The notes under the pieces were generated by a model. The model was not told the DNA's origin. It was given only the letters and a program-made list of their open reading frames with translations, and searched no databases. From NCBI GenBank assembly GCA_951406725.2, contig OX597815.1:76322001-76386000 (forward strand): a DNA stretch of 64,000 bases, read 5' to 3'. Shown piece after piece: positions 29,194 through 42,299 of this stretch (within the stretch, counting starts at the first letter, position 1; every line of letters starts with the position of its first letter). The position numbers and the translations under genes are program-made. The stretch is from Octopus vulgaris. Lineage: Eukaryota.

Positions 29194-29802
29194 CAGTAAT
29201 ACCTCACTTTACAAATACCTGCTTTACAAAACCTCTGGTTTACAAGTTTTATTTTTGAAGCACAAGATCTAAATTTTGAATGAAGTGCAAAAGTTTCAAC
29301 AACCATAACAAATGCTTGTGTGTTACTGAGAAATTTATAGAGAACGTAAAAAAAACTGAAAAAACTTCCAAGCAAACAACTCAAGACTTGTTTTTAAAAA
29401 GAAATCTACAAGTCCATCTATGAGTGCTTGTGAATCAGCGATCATGTCTACAAGTGATGGTGTGTGCAAGTCTAGTGTGAGTGAAAATGATTCAGAAAAC
29501 GATTATAATAATCATCATCATCATTTAGCGTCCGTTTTCCATGCTAGCATGGGTTGGACCAATATTTCTTATAATTAATGATGTTGACATTCTTTTTACT
29601 TTACCTAAAATATTTTTTACATTCTACTGTTTATTGGCATTTATTTGTGAGTATTATAAATTTTATAGGTAAAATATTTTTCTGGGAACAAAATACGATT
29701 TTATAACATTGTTACTATGGGAAATTATTGCTCTACTTTATGAATTTTTGCTTTATGAGTGGTCTTTGGGAATGAATTCACTCGTATATCAAGGCATTGC
29801 TG
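29194..29802. mobile_element. Tigger/pogo-like non-autonomous DNA transposon
   Basis: TA|cagtaatacctc...aaggcattgctg|TA imperfect TIRs with TA TSD. Confidence 0.55.
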
Positions 29803-29817
29803 TATATCACAGAAATT

Positions 29818-30230
29818 GGATCTTTTCGGTTTGAATGGCAGTTTTTTCTAGCGGTGTCATATGAAATTGTCACCCATAATTACGACCCTAGTATCGATCT
29901 ATTGCATTTCAATCTGTTTTAGGGTTAGGGGTGGAGGGAAGGATATCTTTTTTTCTTCACAAATGTAAATAAACCCAATCTGTTTCTTAAACGAGGGACA
30001 TATTCATATGGCACAGAATGCTTTTTAACTCAATAGATGTCACTGATTGGTTGAAATTGCAGAAATTGAAGAAGAAAAAAACAACAAATATCTTACAAAC
30101 TATAGAATTTTCTCAATAAAGTCAAGAGAAAAAGATGTTTTATAAACACATTCTACCAGTATACGAAGTTTAAAATTTTTTAGTTACCTAGAAATTATGT
30201 TAAAAATTGCCGTTCAAACCGAAAAGATCC
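29818..30230. mobile_element. MITE, probably Merlin superfamily
   Basis: 23-bp TIR ggatcttttcggtttgaa(t/c)ggca with 1 mismatch; exact 8-bp TSD cagaaatt at 29810-29817 and 30231-30238; 5'-GG termini. Confidence 0.85.
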
Positions 30231-31520
30231 CAGAAATTATCTGCATAAGTAGATGTATGACTGATACTGTTATATTTAGAGCTCCATGTAGATTTTCATA
30301 GTCCAGACTGCTTTCTGTTTTAGTTTTAATTGACCACTATACTGACTAGTATTACCTGCTATAAGCTACAGAGCAAATGTTGGAAAAATAGGGATAAACA
30401 TGAGTTTATATTAAAATTCCTATGAGCATTTCACCATTACGGTTGTTAGGAGCTCTGCAATAGAAGTTCCAAAGGCATGTAGATGCTCAACTACAATGGA
30501 TCTTCAATGCATTTGGAACATGTGTTGCAGGGCTCCAAAGAACCTTAGAACCATATCTGCCCTTTCAATGAGAAACCACTTCTAGCAACCACTTCTAGCC
30601 ATTTCTGATAGGCAGTCTCAACACCACACTTTTAGGTTGCAGTTCAAACCAGAGTTGTAGTGGTAAACCAAACTGAACATTCATACTACACACCTATTAT
30701 GTTATGTCAGTTGATGAAAACTCTGTGTATACTCTGTATATATTCTTTTACTTGTTTCAGTCATCTGACTGTGGCCATGCTGGAGTATCAACTTAAAGGG
30801 TTTTAGTGAAAGAAATTGATCCCAGGACTTATTCTTTTTAAGCCTAGTATTAATTCTATCAGTCTCTTTTGCTGAATCACTAAGTTACGGGGATGTAAAC
30901 ACTTCAGCACACACACATAACAGGCTTCTTTCAGTTTCCATCTACCAAATTCACTCTCAAGGCTTTGGTTTGCCAGAGGCTATAGTAGAAGACACTTACC
31001 CAAGGTTCCATGCAATGGGACTGAACCTAGAACCATGTAGTTGGGAAGCAATCTTCTTACCACACAGCCACACATCAAAAATTTAACAAATACACAACAA
31101 ATGAAAAATTTTGAAAACGTATAACAAACAGAAAATTTATAACCTATTCCTTATCAGTCAATGTTCCAAAGCTCATTATGATTTTGTGCCTTTAATGTTT
31201 TGGTGGTGCTAGTTATGGTATATATATATACATAGAAATACAAAATGGCTGAAGGTTAGTAAAGAGAGACACACAAATAAGAAAGAAGAAAGCAAAGGAC
31301 TACTGATGCAGTCACAGGAGTGTGATGAAAGAACGCTGGCCGAAATAAGATTAAGTTTAATGTAAAAAATAAATAACACTGAAGCAAAGTAACACCAAAT
31401 ATATAGTGTGTGTTTTTTTATTGGCTAAACTGGCAAAATTACCATTCCGAAATACAACAATATATATATGGAGAACGGACGCTAAATGATGATGATGATG
31501 ATGATGATACATATATATAT

Positions 31521-31729
31521 AAAGTTAATCCAAACAAGAAAGCACAAAAAAAAACACAACAACGCGAGGACGTGGAACAAATATAGTATTATTGGACGCT
31601 CAGGAAAGAAGGAAAGAAGGAGGGTTTAATGTTTCGAGTGGAGCTCTTCGTCAGAAACATAGGAGAAGGAAAGATCCAGAGAAGGGAAGACGGAGGAAAA
31701 AAATCGCCAATGGTACACACGAGGTCACA

Positions 31730-31730
<1 letters not shown>
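31521..31730 (-). mobile_element. Penelope pseudo-LTR-like element in (TA)n
   Basis: Inverted homologue of 60698-60873; contains a hammerhead core. Confidence 0.7.
31623..31660 (-). ncRNA. Minimal type I hammerhead ribozyme (Penelope-type)
   Basis: gttt-CTGACGA-a-gag(ctcca)ctc-GAAA-c-a-TT-aaac; stem I gttt/aaac; stem III AC/GT appears mutated cg>ca. Confidence 0.65.
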
Positions 31731-31763
<33 letters not shown>

Positions 31764-31784
31764 ATGTGTGTATGTATGTATATA

Positions 31785-32092
31785 CAATGGAACCTCAGTT
31801 TATGAATTTAATTTGTTCCAGAAGGCCGTTCATCACCTGAAGTGTTTGTAAACCAGAACTATTTTCTCCATAGAAAATTCATATTTGAGCATGGTGATGC
31901 AGTGAATAAAAACTAGACAGCAACTGATGCTCTCCTGCTGATACTCTCAGCTTGTTGCCAACTGTTGTTGCCAACTTGAGTGTTTGTTTCTTGAGACACC
32001 ATTCATCACCTGAGACATTTTATGTTAAAAGAAATGTTTTGTAAACTGATTTTGTTTGTGATGGGTGATGTTTGTAAACTGTAGTTACACTG
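31785..32092. mobile_element. Tigger/pogo-like MITE
   Basis: ta|caatggaacctcagtttatgaa ... tttgtaaactgtagttacactg, decayed CAGTGGAACCTCGG-type TIRs. Confidence 0.55.
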
Positions 32093-32368
32093 CATATCAT
32101 CATCATCATCATTTAACGTCTGTTGTCCATGCTGGCATACGTTGGATGGTTTGACCAGGGCTGGTCAGCTGGAAGGTTGCACCAGACTCCAGTCTGATTT
32201 TGCATGGTTTTCTATGGCTGGATGCCCTTCCTAATACCATCCACTCTGAGAGTGTTATGGGTGCTTTTATGTGCCACTGGCATGATGGGTCTTCTTCTCA
32301 AGTGCAACATAATGCCAAAGGTCTCAGGTAATATATATACACATATATATATATATGTTGAGAAAGAA

Positions 32369-32409
<41 letters not shown>

Positions 32410-32430
32410 CACAACACACACACATAGACA

Positions 32431-32471
<41 letters not shown>

Positions 32472-32531
32472 GTTAGTGATCATAGTGTTATATGAAGCAT
32501 CAATCTCTTAAAGCTCACAGTTATTTAACTA

Positions 32532-32909
32532 CTAGCAGTATTGCCCAGCATTGCTCGGGTTTATTTCGACCCTTTAGAATTGGAATTTTGGAAAAGTAAA
32601 ACTTTTGCATTATGTAGCTTGTGAACATTTTTCTGGTTGAAATACACTGTAAAATGGCGACACAGCAGTCAAAAAATCGTAAAAAATAGGGATTTTCATA
32701 GAAAAAAAGCACCTTTTTTATGTAAATAATTTTTGGTGTTAACATGGTCCAATTTGAATTTTTTCTTCTACAGAAGGAAGAGCAAGCCCTCTTCTATCAT
32801 ACTCTCAATTTTGGTCAACTTGCACCGCAGGGTCTCGGAGGAGATAGTGTTAGTTGAAGGCTACCAAACCTGCCATACACAGACAACTTCAGCTTTATAT
32901 ATAGAGAGA
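32532..32909 (-). mobile_element. Non-autonomous Helitron
   Basis: Minus strand 5'-TCTCTCTATATATAAA...cccgagcaatgctgggcaatactgCTAG-3'; A|T site; same termini as 39021-39404. Confidence 0.8.
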
Positions 32910-33382
32910 TTTCAATCAAAGTAAGGCACAAAGTGTTTATGGGCCACTCCACCTCAGTCTTAGAAATTGAAAAGATAGCTCAAGGTTTGCAAGAATAAAG
33001 ATCATTATACATTAATATCTATAGTGAGGGCAGGGTTTAGTATAGTCAACAGATTTCAACTTTTGTAAACTACTCTTTGTTATTTCATCAATCCTGGAAG
33101 AACATAATCACCATCACCATCAAGCACAATGATGATGATGATGAAGATGATTATGACAATGATGCTGACCACCACCAACAACAACAACATCACCACTACC
33201 ACTGCTACCACTACTGTCACTGCTACCACCACCACCACCACCACCACCACCAACAACAACAACAATAACAACACCAGAACATCGTCATTAAGGCCACTGA
33301 TGCAACTAGAGCCATCACTACCTCCAACACCACCAACACCACCACCGTCACCACCACCACCACCACCACCACCACCACCACC

Positions 33383-33416
<34 letters not shown>

Positions 33417-33649
33417 TCATTATCATCATCAAAACAAAAACAGAAACAACAGCAACAATAACAATAGCAACCACCACCACCACCACCACCACCACCACCA
33501 CAACAACAACAACAACAACAACAGCAACAACAACATAACAATAACAACATTACCACAACCCACAACAATGACAAGAACTCTGAGATACTGGCCATAACAT
33601 TGAACAGAGTGGAAATCCAAAACCAGTTTGCTATAATATTTTGTCTTGT

Positions 33650-33755
33650 TTAGTAACCAACTGCCATATTTCCAAAGACAAAGTTTACTCCTTCTGTCAC
33701 CCTTTCTCCAGTACATTGCAACTGAAGTCTAAAATTACTGTTGCAATCTGGCAGT
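33650..33755 (-). CDS. Candidate terminal coding exon of an unidentified host gene (LPDCNSNFRLQLQCTGERVTEGVNFVFGNMAVGY*)
   Basis: Unique sequence between microsatellites; ttctatttctgatgtttcacag acceptor; open frame to TAA; no protein family recognised. Confidence 0.25.
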
Positions 33756-34148
33756 CTGTGAAACATCAGAAATAGAAGAATTTCACATTCAATCATATTC
33801 TGGGCAAATTTTTTTTTTGTTTGTTTGATAGTAATGTCATTTCAAATTAGAATATCACTAAATTATTCTGGGAATATGTGTATGTATGTATGTATGTATG
33901 TATGTATGTATGTATGTATGTATGTATGTATGTATGTATGTAGTCTGTATGTATGTATGTATGTATGTATGTATGTATGTATGTATGTATGTATGTATGT
34001 ATGTGTGCATACATGCATGCGTGTGCATGTGTGTGTGTATGTAAGTGTCTGTATATATATATATATATATATATATTTTATACATACACACACATATATA
34101 TTTATATACATATAGACACACACATACACACATATATATACATACAAC

Positions 34149-34184
<36 letters not shown>

Positions 34185-34215
34185 CATATATGTATATGTA
34201 TTTGTATGTATGTAC

Positions 34216-34266
<51 letters not shown>

Positions 34267-34368
34267 TGCAAGTATATGTATGTATGTATGTATGTATGTA
34301 AGTATGTATGTATGCATATATATATATAGAGGGAGAGAGAGAGAGAGATAGGGAGAGAGAGTGTGTAT

Positions 34369-34411
<43 letters not shown>

Positions 34412-34629
34412 CTATGTTGTTGATGATGCTACCTGTACTTGAGCACTTGAAAAATACAAAATATACAATAGATACATATACACACACACACATACACACA
34501 CACATATACATATAGACCCCATGGTCTTATATATATATATATTTACACATGCATACAGACGCTCATGCACACATGCACAAGAAGTAGAAATGTTGAAATG
34601 GAAATACACACCCACACAACTCACTCACA

Positions 34630-34702
<73 letters not shown>

Positions 34703-35009
34703 TGTTAAATGTTCAGCAGCATGAAAGATCTGATGATAAGGCTTCAGTTGCTATAGACTGGCTTTGCTTGCATTGCATTTGTATTGTTGAACAAACAGAG
34801 AATAAACAATGATTTTAATATTCCAAATAATGGTCTATAAATATGAACTCAGATAGTGGAACATATCACTAAAGGCACACAGACGTGGTCATACATATAG
34901 ACATAGAATTAATTGCACATACATGCACATGAATATTTGCATACATACTGTGCTCATGTACTTGTCCATGCACAAAAATCTATGCATATAGGCTAACACA
35001 CAAACATAT

Positions 35010-35278
<269 letters not shown>

Positions 35279-35960
35279 ACACATCTATGTATGCATACTT
35301 GCTCATGCAGAAAGATCTATGCACATATGCTAACACACAAACACATACATATACACATCTATGTATGATTATTTCTGGAGTATACCAGCATATATCGCAA
35401 TCATTATAAATATCCTTTAGTGCATCTTCTACTGATCTTCTGTGATTTATACTCCTTTGTGCATTCATATCTTCTTTTGTTTTGTATAAATTTATATGTG
35501 TCATAATCTGACCTGATACCAGTTGTTTACATATCTATCATTTTATTCTAATATACACACACATGCACATTTATATCATCATCATTATTATCATTTAATG
35601 TCTGTTGTTCATGCTGGCATGGGTTGGATGGTAAGCTGAGAGGCTGATTTGGTATAGTTTCTACAGCTGGATGCCCTTCCTAACACCAACCACTCCATGA
35701 GTGTAAAGGGTGCTTTTACATGCCACCAGCATGGGTGCCAGTTGCATGGAGCCAGTAGCTTCCACATCTATGATTCCACTTGGCTTGATGGATCTTATTT
35801 CTCAAGCACAGCATATTGTCAAAGGTCTCAGTAATTTGTTGTTGCCTTCATGAGGCCCAGCGCTTGAAAGGTGCTTTTTACATGCCACCAGCATTGGCCA
35901 CATTGCCTCCATGAGGCCTCATGCTCAAAAGGTGCTTTTTACATGACACCGGCACACACT

Positions 35961-36019
<59 letters not shown>

Positions 36020-36022
<3 letters not shown>

Positions 36023-36287
36023 AAGGCACATGGGCCATTGGTTAGGGCATTCAGCTCACAATCATATGGTTGTGAGTTTGATTCCTGATGGCACATTGTG
36101 TTCTTGAACAAGACATTTTATTTCACGTTGCTCCAGTTCACTCAGCAGGCAAAAATGAGTAGCACCTGTATTTCAAAGAGCCAGTCTTGTTACATTTTGT
36201 GTGACACTGAATCTCCCTGAGAACTACGTTAAGGGTACACACGTCTGTGTAGTACTCAGCCACTTGCACATTAATTTCATGAGCAAG

Positions 36288-36290
<3 letters not shown>
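36020..36290 (+). mobile_element. tRNA-derived SINE
   Basis: gaaggcacatgggccattggttaggg (A box), gagtttgattcc (B box), ttgtgttcttgaacaagaca..tttcacgttgctccagt as in 57862-58118. Confidence 0.7.
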
Positions 36291-36337
<47 letters not shown>

Positions 36338-36340
36338 TAA

Positions 36341-36397
<57 letters not shown>

Positions 36398-36607
36398 CAA
36401 CTGTGGCCATGCTGGGGTAATGCCTTGAAAAAGTTTTCTTTTAGTAGAATTTGTCAACTTCAGTACTTATTTTTTAAAAGCAAGGTACTTATTCTATCAG
36501 TTGCTTTTACCAAACTGCTAAGTTACAGGAACATAAACACACCAGCACCAGTTGTCAGTCAGTGGTGGGGATACAAACACAGACACAAAGACTCACACAT
36601 ATAGACG

Positions 36608-36638
<31 letters not shown>

Positions 36639-36649
36639 TATATAATATA

Positions 36650-36691
<42 letters not shown>

Positions 36692-36721
36692 GATATATAT
36701 ATATATATAGATATATATATA

Positions 36722-36961
36722 TAACAACTTGGCTCCTCCATTTATAAATAAATTGAAGAGTTTTATGGGACTCCTTTCCATAAATTCACGATACAATAAA
36801 TATATATAGATATATAGTTATATATTCTGTTAAGAAACATAGTAGAATACAATATAAAGCTCGTCCACTTTCAGATTTGATCCTCTGCTATCCAGTAGTA
36901 GTATTATAAGTACTTCCAGTAGTGAACTTGTATGAATAGACAAATGGAAAGATTTGGAGTT

Positions 36962-37002
<41 letters not shown>

Positions 37003-37605
37003 CAATTATATATACATATATAATACAATATATATACATATATATATATATATATATCTATATATATATGTATATATATATCTATCTATCTATCTATATA
37101 TATATATATATATATCAAAGGATACGGTGTCAAATCTAGCGACGTATGTTCGCCTGGGGCTAAATACATAACACCCCCACCACCCTGCCCTGTCCCTAGC
37201 CATATTCAGATAGTCCCTTATGTTATCGAGCAGTTACTGTCTATATCTCTTTTAGAGAATTATTATTGCTGTCGAACAGATTTTCGCAATCAGCAAATGT
37301 ATTTTGCTTAAAAATCTATATATGAATAACCTGCAGAGTATCGAGAAGCGGAGGCCTACCACACGTTGACGATAGGCAATACACCTTGAAACCATGGTCC
37401 GTGTGTGGTTTCTCATCGGGAATTATCTCCCTTTGCTCGGTGTCAAGCCTCTCTCGATGTTCGCCTGAGGCTAAATGCAACAGTAACACCCCCACCATAT
37501 ATTATGGCTTTATATGTTATATATATATACATATATATTATATATATATAATTGTATTATATATATATGTATATATAATTGTATTATATATGTATATATA
37601 ATTGT

Positions 37606-37639
<34 letters not shown>

Positions 37640-37879
37640 AACTCCAAATCTTTCCATTTGTCTATTCATACAAGTTCACTACTGGAAGTACTTATAATAC
37701 TACTACTGGATAGCAGAGGATCAAATCTGAAAGTGGACGAGCTTTATATTGTATTCTACTATGTTTCTTAACAGAATATATAACTATATATCTATATATA
37801 TTTATTGTATCGTGAATTTATGGAAAGGAGTCCCATAAAACTCTTCAATTTATTTATAAATGGAGGAGCCAAGTTGTTA
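36722..37879. repeat. Long inverted repeat, arms about 305 bp (36722-37029 and 37578-37879)
   Basis: About 248 bp of unique sequence appears identical in reverse complement; the ORF track gives the same peptide on both strands ([12 protein letters not shown]...YYVS). Confidence 0.92.
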
Positions 37880-38894
37880 AAATATATAAGTTTAATTCTT
37901 GCAGATGTTCGTTTTATACAGAGATCTAAAAATAATAATGCAAATTCACGACTGAATTAACTTAAATTAAATTAATTAAATATATCAATGTGCTCTTCAG
38001 TGCAGGAAATATAAACAAAAATACAATGAACTTGAGAAGGAAAATAGCAGAAAAATTGAATCTAGGAGATTCATATTTTTGTCCTTGTGAGAAAGAGATG
38101 TGAGTCATGTTGGATATATAACCATAACTTTTTATGGGACTTCTTTCCATAAATTCATCATGCATTATATACAAGTATTACTTTCATATCTTCACAAATT
38201 TACGCCTGTAAACTACCAGCAAAGTATGAAGAATGAACATTAGAAACGTCTTTTGGAAACCTCCAAAATTAAAGGATAAATCGACATTCAACCTTTTTAC
38301 ACCTATATTACTATATATATATATATATACTTATATGTATCTTCTCCATTCCTTAACTCTTGTATTCTTATTTGCATAATCAACAACCCTGGTCACCTTC
38401 TAAGCACAAAATATACTGTCACATGCAACTAACACAGCAGGGGTGGGGGTGGGGAGTGGAAATGTACAAAAGGTTATAAACTTAATCATGTGTTCATTCT
38501 CTACAAACACTTGACAGAAAGCATTCAGAGCATTGATTGTTTGGACATGTTCAGTCAACCGTGTCAGCCTTAACATTGACACTTGATACTAATGTAACAA
38601 GATCAGTCATGTGACTATCTTCTACCAGTTAAATCCTATTCAAAACATATACTAATTTGAGCCATGAATGCCCTATAAAAATAGAGCAAGCTTCAAACAC
38701 TAGTCAGAAGTAAGACAGCCGTCTTTCTATTTCAAGTTTTTGAAAATCAATGTAAACTGTTAAACCAGTTAAAGCTTTAAATATATTAATAAAAAATATT
38801 TTAACTATTCTTAGTGCATTTTCAACTACTATTTCTCCTATATTTCTACCTATGTGGAATAAAATAACTGTTTTCTATGTGTGTGTATATACAC

Positions 38895-40436
38895 ACATAG
38901 AATTGAATTGTTTCCAAAGGAACTTTTGTCCATTCTTCAGCTAAAACACTCTCTAGTTCTTGTAGTGATGATGGTAGGGGATATCGACTCCTTACTTGTT
39001 TTCCTAAAATGCACCATAAATCTCTCTATATATAAACGGCAGTTTGTCTGTGCGTGTTTCTGTGTGTCTGTTTGCTTGTACCCTCACCCTGACCACGGCT
39101 TTCAACTGATTCTGATGAAACTTGACACTCACATAGCCCAATGTCAATTCAAAACTAACGCAGCCAAAATTTTGAAAAGTTTCCCCAGTTCTGAAAAAAA
39201 TCGATAAATTCGACATGGGGTCGAGAATCAGAAACACGAACCACAAACTGTCTAGGGGACGCAACTCCATCCTTTTTTAACTCTCAAAAAAAAATTTACC
39301 ATCATTTTTTTCCATTTTTTTGCTATTTTTTGGCTATAACTCTCTAAAAATGCTTTATAGTTATTTCCCTTACAAACCTGAGCAACGCCGGGCGATACTG
39401 CTAGTGTTCAATAATATTGAAATCTGGGGACTGTGGTGGCCAGATAAGATGTTCAACTTCATTAGAATGTTCCTCGTGCCATTCAGTAACAACTTTAGCT
39501 GTGTGAACTGGTGCATTATCATCCTGAAAGATTGCGTTTCCCTCTGGAAACAGTTCTACAACCATAGGATGAATTTGATCAGAATGAAATGCTTAAATAA
39601 TCTTGACTATTAATTCTGCCATGAAGGGAAACCATTGGGCTGGTGGATTTCCAAGATATAGCCCCACCCCATCAGGTCATTACAGATCCTCCTCCATGTT
39701 TAACAGTTGGAAGAAGGCAGTCTGGGTTAAATGTTTATTTTGGCTGTCTCCATATGTATACTCAGCCGGTTGTCAGAAATAAGGTAATGGATGACTCGTC
39801 TGAGAAAATAACATTCTTCCACTGCTCTAGGGACCAATTCTGTAGGTTTTTACTCCACTCTAAATGCTTTGCGATGTTTGTTTTTGAAAGTAGTGCTTTT
39901 CTGATTGCAGCCTTCCCATAATATCTGACTTTGTGCAGCTCCTGGCAAACAGTTTTTGTGGAAACTGGGTTCTCGAGGTGGTCATTAAGCACTGCAGTAA
40001 TTTTGGGAGCTGTACCTTTGTGATCCTTTCTAACAATTCACATAAGAGCCTGACCGTCCCTACCTGTATGTTTTGGTTTTCTTCCGGAGTTTTGTTTTGA
40101 CTATTAGGTTTTTCCTTCTTTCTCAAAGGCTGTCATTACTTTCAAAACAGTACTTCTTGATATACAAACATTTTGGCTGTTTTTGTTATGCTAGTGCCTT
40201 CCATACAAACACCAATGATTTGACCTCTTTGAAAGTCCGATAGATCTGTCATTTTAATGAATTTTAATTACCTTTTTATGATGATAACTGAAAAGAAACA
40301 GCAATTTTGGCAAAACATATTAAGCAACACTAATAATAAAAAAAACATAAAAATAAACAAGCTTTTGACAGTTTTATAGATATTTCAAAATTATGATGCT
40401 ATGATGCTAGGTGTTTCCATTATTTTGCCCAACCCC

Positions 40437-40437
<1 letters not shown>
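38895..40437 (-). mobile_element. Tc1-family DNA transposon, decayed transposase, interrupted by a Helitron
   Basis: TIR caggggttgggcaaaataatggaaacacc; ATG at 40252 (MTDLSDFQRGQIIG); WKNVIFSDES, FQDDNAPVH, SPDFNIIEHLW. Confidence 0.9.
39021..39404 (+). mobile_element. Non-autonomous Helitron nested in Tc1
   Basis: A|TCTCTCTATATATAAA...cctgagcaacgccgggcgatactgCTAG|T, no TSD; removing it restores the Tc1 reading frame. Confidence 0.88.
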
Positions 40438-40491
<54 letters not shown>

Positions 40492-40849
40492 TACAAGGGT
40501 TGAAGTGTAAGAAGAAAGTTAGCTTCAAGTAATCTGTGGTAAATATAAAAAACAACTTTCAGGGACAATGGTGGTTTATTGAGATGGAAGGTTGTGGATT
40601 TTTTCATATCAAAGTATGATAAACTGAAACAGGTTCTTTTTATATTTCATGGAAGGTAACCAGGGTTGTTGGGCGAACATGTTTAGTTATAATCAAGGCA
40701 CTCCAAATTTAATCTGTCTGGTGGGAGAGTGGATAGGAGTCATTTGTATGTAGTCCAGTGGCTAAAGTTTAGGTTGTTAGCTGTGTAGGTTCCTCATGAT
40801 AAGTGGCAGAATAAGTTTTGTGTGTGAATAGTTATTTGTGTATGTACTC

Positions 40850-41480
40850 TGTTAAAGTTTAAGTCTTGGTTTGCACTTTTGTATGAAAATATTTTCTTTG
40901 TTTATCTGTGCTTCATCTGTGGTATTCACTGAACATAGGTAGAATGGGAAGACCTGGAATTTGGGGGACTTATTTGTTTTGCATTTATGTCTATGTGTCC
41001 ACTCAATGTAATCTGTCTAGTACAGGGGTCTTGTATTTGTTATCAGTGAATGGTCAGTCTATTTTTTAGAGTAAGCTTTGTTTGACCTATGTAATCTTCA
41101 TTACATGCTTGACGTATTGATAGCATATATTAAATTCCTTGAAGAACATGCAAAGTGATTTTTTATGGTAAAAGTCTGTCCTGATTTGAATTTGTATGTT
41201 ATGCTTTCAATAAAGTTGATGCAAGTCCTGCAATTGGGGCAGCCACACTTTTGGGTTGTTGGTGTAGGAATTGTGGAAGCTAATTTAGCACTCATGAGGA
41301 ATTTTTTGAAGTACTTTGATTGTCTTTTACTTTTGATTATTTTGTGCATTTTGAATGCTTGTTTCATTCTTGGGTCTTGTTTTCATAGCGGGATGTTCTG
41401 GTGGATAGTATTGTAATGTCTGTGTTTCTTGGGGTGTGTGTTGTAATAAAGGGTAAAGTATTGGATGTATCTGGAGTGTT
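40850..41480 (-). pseudogene. Penelope-like element fragment (RT-EN linker and GIY-YIG)
   Basis: IIKSKRQSK, KCGCPNCRTC, FACSSRNLIYAI, DYIGQTK; homologous to the C-terminus of 61866-63317. Confidence 0.82.
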
Positions 41481-42299
41481 TTTCGTTTTTGGATGTATCT
41501 GGAGCATTTTTCGTAAATACAGAACATCTCTCTCTTTCTCTCTGTCTCTCCCTCTATCTTAGTCATGAGTATTTTGCTAAAGTTCCAACTACAATAGTCA
41601 ATTCTATTTTTAAAAATCTGTCTAAAGTATAGTTCACTCAGCTGTCTTCAGCATTTATACAACTCCAGTAGCCACAAACAGAAGGTTATCTAGAAGAACA
41701 CTACAAGGTATCATTATGATTATGTCTAGACATCCATGTTGTGGAAATGTAAGGAGCATAAACTTGAATGAGAAACCTTATGAATGAATAGTGAAACTAA
41801 TTCCTTTAGTGTTCATTCCATCAAAATGAGCACTTTACACAATAATCCTCTTTATTCCAGATTATGGCAAGTGAAGAGCTAAAATCCCTGTGAATTGTTT
41901 TTCACTGCTTAGCTCAGAAAAACTAATAAATCTCCTTTTCTTTCCAGTTTGACAAGTTATTATGAACAACTTAACATCAAAGGGGCTAACAAAACATTGA
42001 GTTGTATATCTAACTGAACATGAACATGTCTAAATGAATGATTGTGTCCTAAATATTCTCTGATAATATATGCTTGCATGAAAGCAAGCAAGCAAGCATG
42101 CATGCACACATACATGTATGTATGTATGTATGTATGTATGTATGTATGTATGTATGTATGTGTGTGTGTGTGTGTGTGTGTGAGTGTGTATGCATGAATG
42201 TATGTATGTGTATTTGTATATATGCATGTATGCATGTATGCTTGTTGGTGTGTGTGTGTGTGTGTGTGTTTATGAATGTGCATGTACATTTTTATGTGT

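Noticed and set aside
30420-30700. Possible coding fragment on the minus strand
   Set aside because: Contains stops and no recognisable motif
31296-31345. CTGATGCA-gtcac(aggagt)gtgat-GAAA hammerhead-like core
   Set aside because: A9 is substituted and no stem III, cleavage triplet or stem I partner follows
33080-33595. Pro/Gly/Cys/Gln-rich ORFs
   Set aside because: Composed of CAC/CAT/CAA trinucleotide tracts open in several frames
35370-35504. Protein-like minus-strand frame ([18 protein letters not shown]...)
   Set aside because: No good splice sites or recognisable family; runs into microsatellite
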